Below, in pieces: positions 25,256 through 32,000 of a stretch of 32,000 bases of DNA. The DNA is from an uncultured archaeon. Its GTDB lineage: Archaea; Asgardarchaeota; Thorarchaeia; Thorarchaeales; Thorarchaeaceae. Every line of letters begins with the position of its first letter. Position 1 is the first letter of the stretch. The notes under the pieces were generated by a model. That model was not told where the DNA came from. It saw only the letters and a list, made by a program, of their open reading frames with translations, and searched no databases. The DNA is taken from contig CAYHAA010000005.1 in the NCBI GenBank assembly GCA_964354495.1, positions 120,001-152,000 of the forward strand. The letters run 5' to 3'. A program made the position numbers and the translations under genes.

Positions 25256-25933
25256 TTACTTGACGACCTGTAGTGCAACATTCTCTTTCACATTTGTTTC
25301 AACGACTTTCAGCTTTACCTTGAGCAGAGACTCCAGATAGCCACGTATGAATGGTGCTGGATAGAATGGACTACTAATCACGATTAGACCCTGTTCAGTA
25401 TGTGTTATTGATCCCCACCCATTGTCCTGTAGCAGACCTAGAACCAGATCTCGGCTACCGACTTTCCCGGGGTCCTCTCCGTGAATCAATCGTACAACAT
25501 CAGCAACAGGTGATTGAGCACCAGCAGTGAGCCCCAATTCGTATTGGTCAGAGGGAGTAAGTTTAGAGAAGAAGAGAGAGGATATTGCTTCCGATTCAAG
25601 AACTGCTCTTGAGGTGTTGACATAGATGCCTCGCTCATTCCATTTGTGCACGGTAAAATCAAGAAACCACCGAACTGAGTCCTCAATCATCTGAGCCCGA
25701 GACCGACCAGCTCGATCCTTGACAAGGTCATCAATATGATTCACTAGGGATTGAGTCATTGTAACACTGATGATCTTCTTTTTCAGAAGTTCGTTTATTT
25801 CTTCGAGCTGTGCCTTCTCACTTTTCGGAAGCTCAGCTGAATCGTCGTTCTTGTCCTTACGAATCTTCTTGAGCTTCGCTTCCAATTCTGTCTTTTCTCT
25901 CACTAACAACGATTCCTCGAACCTAAGCGACAA
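25256..25933 (-). CDS. Ribbon-helix-helix (CopG/NikR-like) protein with a C-terminal V4R/HNOB-like domain
   Basis: ISVTMTQSLVNHIDDLVKDRAGRSRAQMIEDSVRWFL is an RHH pattern; YELGLTAG...NGWGSI...PFIRGYLESLL is V4R-like. TTG start with GGAGGT upstream. Confidence 0.7.
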   Translation of the reverse strand: MSLRFEESLLVREKTELEAKLKKIRKDKNDDSAELPKSEKAQLEEINELLKKKIISVTMTQSLVNHIDDLVKDRAGRSRAQMIEDSVRWFLDFTVHKWNERGIYVNTSRAVLESEAISSLFFSKLTPSDQYELGLTAGAQSPVADVVRLIHGEDPGKVGSRDLVLGLLQDNGWGSITHTEQGLIVISSPFYPAPFIRGYLESLLKVKLKVVETNVKENVALQVVK

Positions 25934-25955
25934 GGGTAAGGTTACCTCCTGGTAT

Positions 25956-25984
25956 TAGACTATCAGTAAGTACTATCAAGTCTA
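25956..25984. promoter_or_regulatory. Candidate operator upstream of the RHH gene: TAGACT-N17-AGTCTA
   Basis: 6-bp inverted repeat (25956-25961 and 25979-25984) enclosing direct repeats ACTATCA (25959, 25972), 22-51 nt upstream of the RHH start. Confidence 0.35.
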
Positions 25985-26180
25985 TTAGATTGTATTCGAA
26001 TTAAGTAGATTGCATGCAGACCTACTATATGAATTCTTTGGGATATTCTCCTGGTCGATATGAAATTTGTTCAATAGCCGCCTAGGAACAGCAATAGACC
26101 TAGCTGTGTTCAGTCTGACGAGCTTGCATTAGTCATGGAAAGATTCATTGGCGCTGAGAGCACAGAGCGAGAGATGATGG

Positions 26181-26444
26181 ATGGCTTACTGTGAACTCTG
26201 GCTAGAATCGATGAGGGGCATGTCCACCTTTCGTGTAGCACTTCTGGCGCCGGAAGGGTTTGATCTCCCAGAGGGCTTTTCTCTTGCTGAAGTTCAGAAG
26301 AGTCGTAAGAAGAAGCTGTATCTGTCTGAATGCATAGTCGGAATCAAGGCTGCAAAGAAGGAAATCGAGGCAGCAGCACAATTCTATAGTGATCGTAAAC
26401 TGAAGTTCTTGTTCTTTAGGGAGATTAGAAAGCCAACAGAATAG
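26181..26444 (+). CDS. Small hypothetical protein (87 aa)
   Basis: ORF fills an otherwise empty gap, has protein-like composition and converges on a hairpin. Confidence 0.65.
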   Translation: MAYCELWLESMRGMSTFRVALLAPEGFDLPEGFSLAEVQKSRKKKLYLSECIVGIKAAKKEIEAAAQFYSDRKLKFLFFREIRKPTE

Positions 26445-26449
26445 GAGTG

Positions 26450-26482
26450 AAAAAAGAAAGGTAAGAGGGGTCTGACCCCTCT
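26450..26482 (-). terminator. Hairpin plus U-tract between convergent genes
   Basis: Perfect 8-bp stem AGAGGGGT-ctg-ACCCCTCT (26464-26482), followed on the minus strand by TTTCTTTTTT. Confidence 0.65.
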
Positions 26483-26487
26483 ATAGC

Positions 26488-27132
26488 TCACGGCCAGGGT
26501 CCGATACTGACCAATGACGGATTGAGTATGATAATCACGCCGACCGCAATGGCTGCAAGTCCGACAATGACACTGACTGGAGCAGATGCGAATATCTTGC
26601 CTATCAGCTCGAGTACCTTAATGATCACTCCGCCCAGGACATATGCGACGCAGAATATGATGAACCCAATGACTAAGAGGCCTTTACCAGATGTTAGCCA
26701 TGCAACATAGGTGCCTATCACCGGAGTCGAAACATAGGGAACCAAGAATCCGTAGATTGTTGCAGCTCCGAAGATGGCAATAGCCACAGCAAACAACAAG
26801 GCGAGTGGGAATTTCGAGAGCACTCTCATGACCAGAGAGAATCCCATCAGGATTAGCACACCAGCCACAATTGTTGCTCCAGGTTGGACTGTCCAAACAA
26901 CGTATCCAACGAAGATATCCAAGATACCCACAAAAAAGCCCAGATAGGTTCCAATCGCTACTAGAAAGTCAAAGATCGAACCCAGAACCGGGATAGGATC
27001 TGTTATGTTTTCTAAAAGCCATATTGCCAAAAGACCTCCTGACAGTATGAGCACCCATGCAAGAATCCAGTTATCCTGGAAATAGCCCATAATCTCAGGA
27101 AGGGTCCAATCAAGAAATGGGATTTGAAGCAT
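26488..27132 (-). CDS. Hypothetical polytopic membrane protein (about 6 TM)
   Basis: Almost entirely hydrophobic, Gly-rich segments. No family recognised. Confidence 0.75.
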   Translation of the reverse strand: MLQIPFLDWTLPEIMGYFQDNWILAWVLILSGGLLAIWLLENITDPIPVLGSIFDFLVAIGTYLGFFVGILDIFVGYVVWTVQPGATIVAGVLILMGFSLVMRVLSKFPLALLFAVAIAIFGAATIYGFLVPYVSTPVIGTYVAWLTSGKGLLVIGFIIFCVAYVLGGVIIKVLELIGKIFASAPVSVIVGLAAIAVGVIIILNPSLVSIGPWP

Positions 27133-27187
27133 TTTAACACCTCATCCTAACTAAACTCGCATTACATCTAGCTGCAAATAAACTCTG

Positions 27188-28714
27188 CTACACTAGAGTC
27201 AGGCCCATTAGTCCAGAGGAATAGGCAAATGCAATCCAGAATATCAGCCCACAGATGGTGGCCATTAGAACTGGACGTGAACCGCTAACCATTCGGGTGT
27301 TCTGGTAACCCATCGAAACTGCTGTGACTCCAAGAGTGATAAGGAGCGGGGCAATATCAATTGCAGAGAGAGCCCCAGGCGACCATGTTGGCCCCTGAGT
27401 CAGAAGAGAACCTATGAAGAGGAAGGGAGCGAGTGAAGCAAGCATTCCTAGCACTGCAACACTTGTCAAGGTCAGCAAGTAAACCTTCATTCTCTGAGCG
27501 GCAATTATACTGTCTCTCTCTTTGGCCACGGCAGACCTCTTGATGAGACGGGCGGCAATCCTTGAAATCCTCTCGCCAGAATCTTGAGTTGAGGTTTCGC
27601 ACATCAATGCGATCATCTTGAACATCTGCGAAACTCTCTGACCAAGGGCAGCCTCCGATGCAATACTCATGGCCTCAGAAATACTGAGATGTTTCTGATA
27701 GACACCATCGACAGCAAGGTCCACTAGTTTCTGCACTGCCGGCTCCAAATCATCACGGACGGCCGGTAATGCGACCTCCAGTGAGTCGCCTGATGTGAGG
27801 CGTTGTCCTAGAAGGATCAGGAAATTCAGGAGTTCGTCATACTCACCGATTATGTCCTTCTGGGTGGGAGGGAGTAGAGAGTCATCTTTAGGTCTATCAA
27901 AGTAGGCCGAAAATTGTCGTGAGAATCGAGTCCTAAGTAGAATATTGAAAAAGATGAAGAATGGCACAGCCAAGAGAACAGCAAGATGAGTCGCATATCC
28001 TCCGAGGGATATTGCCAGAGTGAACATGATAGGGAGGTAAGTCACCAGGGCGGCCACGATCAAGAGCCTGCTCTCTAGTTCCAAGTTCTTCTGCCGGAGC
28101 GCAAGGTCAGCCTCAAAAGACTCCCCGGAAATCTCGTCCAGAAGATCAGTCTTCCTCTCAAGTGATGCGATAATTGTCGTGAAATAGCGCCTAATGTCGT
28201 CCGAAGGTTGGTCTTTCGCAAAGTCCATCAGGCATGTTTCAGGGGGTACCCCTTCTGCAATTAGACCGAGTATGTGTCGGAACACCTTCGAGAGGTGTGG
28301 ATGATTGGACTGCGCTACCATCTCAATCGCATCGAAGACTGTGCCATGGGTCTGGAATACAAGTATGAACTGCTCAAAAACAATGTCAGCCTCCTCAGAG
28401 AGTCCAAGCTTATAGCTGTTCATGGCAGAAACAGGGTAGGAGATGACAATATAATAGATCACAACCGCCAACATTGCTGAGAGAGGGATGGCAATGAGAA
28501 GATTTAACCTGAGCAGTAGCAGTGTCGTGACTGCTCCGAAGAATGTCACTGCGGCAGAGAGATACGCTGCAGAAACGACGCCCTGTGCAGTCACTGCCAT
28601 AAGCGGTAGGAGAAATCGAACAGCTCTTGCGAGCTCTCTGTTATCCGTCTTCCTAGTAATCCTTGAGAAGGGGGGGACCTTTGAACTGTAATGACACAGT
28701 CGCTCGTATAGCAC
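27188..28714 (-). CDS. Type II secretion system F family / type IV pilus platform protein (TadC/FlaJ-like)
   Basis: Duplicated architecture: TM hairpin, cytoplasmic domain (GTVFDAIEMVA...LSKVFRHI...GVPPETCL), TMs, second cytoplasmic domain (GDSLEVAL...LSISEAM), TMs. Confidence 0.78.
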   Translation of the reverse strand: MLYERLCHYSSKVPPFSRITRKTDNRELARAVRFLLPLMAVTAQGVVSAAYLSAAVTFFGAVTTLLLLRLNLLIAIPLSAMLAVVIYYIVISYPVSAMNSYKLGLSEEADIVFEQFILVFQTHGTVFDAIEMVAQSNHPHLSKVFRHILGLIAEGVPPETCLMDFAKDQPSDDIRRYFTTIIASLERKTDLLDEISGESFEADLALRQKNLELESRLLIVAALVTYLPIMFTLAISLGGYATHLAVLLAVPFFIFFNILLRTRFSRQFSAYFDRPKDDSLLPPTQKDIIGEYDELLNFLILLGQRLTSGDSLEVALPAVRDDLEPAVQKLVDLAVDGVYQKHLSISEAMSIASEAALGQRVSQMFKMIALMCETSTQDSGERISRIAARLIKRSAVAKERDSIIAAQRMKVYLLTLTSVAVLGMLASLAPFLFIGSLLTQGPTWSPGALSAIDIAPLLITLGVTAVSMGYQNTRMVSGSRPVLMATICGLIFWIAFAYSSGLMGLTLV

Positions 28715-28847
28715 CGCTCAAGTCCTCTACTGACAGTGTCTTCTCTGCTTCTCTTAAATTCCCCGATGGACTATTCCGAACAAAAAAGAGAGGAATGTCC
28801 CGTGGACTTCGTTGGACAGAAATCCAGGGGACACCTACAAGCAACCA

Positions 28848-30194
28848 CTATCGTTTGCGAATGATATAGACAACTACTAGCACCCCTACGACCGCAAGAA
28901 GCAGAACGACAACTCCGCCACCGCCGCTCCCAGCAGCAAGATTCGTATACGCGGTGTATACAGGGTCCTGCTGGATACGAAGTGAGTTCCACTCTGGGAA
29001 TGTGACAGCATACCACCAGTTGCTATTATGGAAGGCAGTGCCAGCAACAGCATGAGAGGCCATGTCGCCAACGGATGTATACACTGACCTGATTTGGGCA
29101 GATAGTCCATAGGCCATGTGCGCAAATATCCAGCCAGACAGAGGAGCTTGCCAAGCAACGAGGATGAGGTCACTCAGACGCGCGCCCAGCAGAGTGTTGA
29201 GTGCAGTCTCATCGTCAGAAACTGTTATCCCGGTTGTCTCATTGATGAGGGCATAGTTCCTTCCTAGGCCTATGTCAAAGGCACGCTCATCATCATTTCC
29301 AACTCTGATGCTGATGTCTTCGTCCAAAGGCGTTGTACTAGTCGGTGGTGTCAAGACAGTTCCTGTTTCAGTCGCCACTGTGTACTGAGAAGTGAAGATT
29401 GATAGGTAGTGTACAGCTGAAATTTCCAAAGAATCTGTAATGAGTTCAGTGGGTGCGGTTTCATTACCTAGGAACTTCATCTTGTTGACCTGACCTATTG
29501 TGTACAGGGTTTCAGCACTGACTTCGCCAGCCTCACCGATAGTAATGTCATATTGGATGGCAAGTTCACTGATCAGAACTGTCAGAATGGGCAGGGCCAA
29601 TGAGATCCAGAAACCCAGGGGATTGTTGGCATCGACCACACGACAGGTCAAGTTGTAGTATCGCATACCAAAGCGATAGTGGCCGTCACTGATTTTTGTC
29701 GCAGGGATTGGTTCTACGACTGGCGTGTATTCAGGCCAGGTGGTATCTGAAGCCAAAGGTACGATGTACCAGGCTGGTTCATTTCCCACATCAGGTAGGT
29801 CATTACTGCCGTACGTTTCATTATGTACCAGCAGGAATGCGAATATGGCACCGATGAAGACCTCTCTGTTCTCAGGGGTCTTGAAATACATGCCGAACAA
29901 CTGGTATGGCAAGATTGCCTGAGTACCATCTGTCCTGTTGGCGTTGTTGAATGCAATGAGAAATGACGAAAACTCGCCTACATGCACAAACGATGCTGTT
30001 AGGCTTGCATTGGTTCCATCTTCCGCCTCCACTCGAATTGAGCTGTTGGTCCAGTACTCTTCCTCGAAGGTGTGGCCAAAAACAACGGCTTCATCACCAG
30101 CAGTCCAAGCACCAGACACTGGCATCGTGGCGAATGGGAGCACAAGAATCATCAAGACCGATAAGGTCAGGATTTTACATTTAGTAGCGTGCAT
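28848..30194 (-). CDS. Secreted, C-terminally anchored surface (S-layer-like) glycoprotein
   Basis: Signal peptide MHATKCKILTLSVLMILVLPFATMPVSGA; C-terminal GSGGGG linker, TM helix and RKR; seven N-X-S/T sequons. Start reset to 30194 because the longer ORF overlaps nreA. Confidence 0.8.
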   Translation of the reverse strand: MHATKCKILTLSVLMILVLPFATMPVSGAWTAGDEAVVFGHTFEEEYWTNSSIRVEAEDGTNASLTASFVHVGEFSSFLIAFNNANRTDGTQAILPYQLFGMYFKTPENREVFIGAIFAFLLVHNETYGSNDLPDVGNEPAWYIVPLASDTTWPEYTPVVEPIPATKISDGHYRFGMRYYNLTCRVVDANNPLGFWISLALPILTVLISELAIQYDITIGEAGEVSAETLYTIGQVNKMKFLGNETAPTELITDSLEISAVHYLSIFTSQYTVATETGTVLTPPTSTTPLDEDISIRVGNDDERAFDIGLGRNYALINETTGITVSDDETALNTLLGARLSDLILVAWQAPLSGWIFAHMAYGLSAQIRSVYTSVGDMASHAVAGTAFHNSNWWYAVTFPEWNSLRIQQDPVYTAYTNLAAGSGGGGVVVLLLAVVGVLVVVYIIRKR

Positions 30195-30226
30195 ATGAAA
30201 CTCTCGAATCAATGTACGGGTTTCAA

Positions 30227-30235
30227 TATTAAAAA
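30227..30235 (-). promoter_or_regulatory. Candidate TATA box for the surface protein gene
   Basis: TTTTTAATA on the minus strand, 33-41 nt upstream of ATG 30194. Confidence 0.4.
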
Positions 30236-30261
30236 CAAATGCATGATAAATCCATAGACAG

Positions 30262-31527
30262 TCATTCAATGAAATCAGCAAGTTTCGTCTGGCTTCTGTA
30301 CTCCTGGTAGAGCTTGCTCTTTTTGAGCCATCGGTGGACTGGGTTACGCAGGTATTTCCCAATCTCTGCAGTTGCCTCATCCATAGTCTGTAACCTCTTG
30401 ACACCTCTATCTAATGCTCGTTTTGCTATCTCACGAAATCGCCAGACACCAAGAGGAATCCATTGCTGAGGATCTGTTTCCAAGAAGACAATCACTCCAG
30501 ATTGCTTCCGAATACTAACGAGATACTCCAGAGCTGGCAAACGGGTTGCATAGTAGGCTCCAACGACATCTTTGGCATAATCCTTTCGTCCTTTTCCGAA
30601 TTCATAATCATTGATGATCGTTGGATTCAGGCCTCCGAGCCAGGACTCCATAGCTTCGAACTGCCAGCCACCCGGATAGAAGAGCATAGCAACAGTGTTC
30701 CCAAGAGCCTGATCGATACTTACCAAATAGTCGTTGATTGAGGAGTACCTCAGCACTTGTCTGTGCAGGCGACGACCGACAATGTCATCGATGGCAGTGA
30801 TACTCCATTTGGTAGGAACCAGTCTTCGCTTCTTTCTCTGACCTAGGACACCAACAGAGAGGAGACGGGTGATATGTTCTTGACGAATGCCATCTTTGAA
30901 GAGGTCCATAATGCCGCCTACGGCCTTGAGGTCTGTATCTGATGTGACCCTATCAACCACCCTCGGTACCTTGGGTTCATCCTCGAGTCGGAAGATATCA
31001 AGTGGCGCTGAGGGGCCGATGGGCAGAGTCACGTCAGAAAAAACCGTCGTGAAAGATGGTTTCTTCAGTAATGTTGCTTCAGAATAGAGAGCAGACTCTG
31101 ACAATGCAAGTGTCTGTGTTTCTGCGAGGTCTCGAGGAGGATCTACTGCAGCATCCACAGGCATTAGTTTCTTCGTTCGTACAAGACTGAATCTGAGTGC
31201 CAGGATCTCATCAATGGTCCTATCGAGCCAAAGATCAGGCCGCTCCATGAGTGAAGCTTCATCAACCCGTACAGGAGGGATTAATGGCCCTGCCAACACC
31301 TTGGGATAGCCAGTTTCTCCTATGAATAGAGAGGGAGGCGAAGCGCCGACTAGTTCGTTTCCCTTGAAGGCATCATCAATCTGAGCAAGAGCCTTCGCGC
31401 GCATCAGCAACGGGCAGGGTCTGACACCACAGAGCGCTCTATGTCCCATGCACTTCGAGCACACCCGCTCATCATAGGATGCTCGCTTTGGAGTCTCCGG
31501 TGCTGGAACTAGCTTTGTCTGGGGCAT
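30262..31527 (-). CDS. nreA: Nre family PCNA-interacting DNA repair protein
   Basis: N-terminal CSKC...LCGVRPCP zinc motif, GASPPSLFIGETGYPKV, RRLVPTKWSITAIDD, GAYYATRL, PLGVWRFRE, and the C-terminal PIP-like QTKLADF. Confidence 0.92.
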   Translation of the reverse strand: MPQTKLVPAPETPKRASYDERVCSKCMGHRALCGVRPCPLLMRAKALAQIDDAFKGNELVGASPPSLFIGETGYPKVLAGPLIPPVRVDEASLMERPDLWLDRTIDEILALRFSLVRTKKLMPVDAAVDPPRDLAETQTLALSESALYSEATLLKKPSFTTVFSDVTLPIGPSAPLDIFRLEDEPKVPRVVDRVTSDTDLKAVGGIMDLFKDGIRQEHITRLLSVGVLGQRKKRRLVPTKWSITAIDDIVGRRLHRQVLRYSSINDYLVSIDQALGNTVAMLFYPGGWQFEAMESWLGGLNPTIINDYEFGKGRKDYAKDVVGAYYATRLPALEYLVSIRKQSGVIVFLETDPQQWIPLGVWRFREIAKRALDRGVKRLQTMDEATAEIGKYLRNPVHRWLKKSKLYQEYRSQTKLADFIE

Positions 31528-31623
31528 TGCATATCAACCGAGAGCGCCTATATCGATACCGAAATTACAGCATATCCTTCTAAGGATTTGGACCTATATC
31601 TATCTCTCACAACCGCCGAGTGT

Positions 31624-32000
31624 CTAGAATGGCTTGAGAAGCCATATCCTCCTGGTCTCGTAGAATAACACTAGGATGGCAATCACACTCAAAGCGATAT
31701 ACATGAAATCTTTCCCGCTGGGAGGCCACGAAAGGAAGAATATTCCATAGAGGACGAGCATGGCTAGAAACAGTGTTCCTAGAAACAAGAACCTCGGAAG
31801 AAGTCTAGTTCCGAACTTGATGAATAGAGAGAGTGAACCTACACGAATAGTCCTGGAAATCGAATAGCTTCCGAATTCATCCTTCTTGACAAGATCAAGT
31901 TCTGAGAGTTTCGTAAGATGGTGAAGAGCCAGACTCGGGCTGGAGAATCCAAGAGCCCTCTGAATATCTCGAACGCCCATCTGTCCTTGAGAGAGAAGAA
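31624..32000 (-). CDS. Winged HTH protein with two C-terminal TM helices (5' end outside the window)
   Basis: MGVRDIQRALGFSSPSLALHHLTKLSELDLVKKDEFGSY is an ArsR-like wHTH followed by two TMs. The frame stays open upstream (LLSQGQ) to the window edge. Confidence 0.8.
   Translation of the reverse strand, partial: LLSQGQMGVRDIQRALGFSSPSLALHHLTKLSELDLVKKDEFGSYSISRTIRVGSLSLFIKFGTRLLPRFLFLGTLFLAMLVLYGIFFLSWPPSGKDFMYIALSVIAILVLFYETRRIWLLKPF

Noticed and set aside
30195-30404. N-terminal 70 aa of the 518-aa ORF in the track
   Set aside because: Overlaps the nreA 3' end; the signal peptide and a TATA-like element point to ATG 30194.

Overview
Gene-dense archaeal chromosomal window. Archaeal evidence: NreA with a PIP box, Rpo5, archaeal-type CinA, TATA-like promoters and frequent TTG/GTG starts. 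An Asgard lineage such as Thorarchaeia is my best guess, but that is inference. Left to right: a truncated AmmeMemoRadiSam radical SAM gene (not in the ORF track); a long coiled-coil/winged-helix protein divergent from a transglutaminase-like gene; a solo PD-(D/E)XK nuclease; a surface-glycan region at about 5.3-20.2 kb (Alg14/Alg13-like pair, 2 GT2, 2 GT4, WecB, flippase, GT-C-like membrane protein, membrane-anchored deacetylase) interrupted by an FAD oxidoreductase plus a CCG Fe-S protein with an SCP2-like tail; an HD/CinA/polyprenol-kinase run; a 185-aa two-domain, eukaryote-like RPB5/Rpo5 outside the rpo operon; a 40-aa desulforedoxin missed by the ORF track; AbrB-ACT-like and RHH-V4R-like regulators; an orphan type IV pilus/T2SS F platform protein; a sequon-rich surface protein; NreA; and a membrane-tethered HTH protein. 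I found no rRNA, tRNA, CRISPR array or mobile element. All family calls come from motif recognition by eye, with no database searches.
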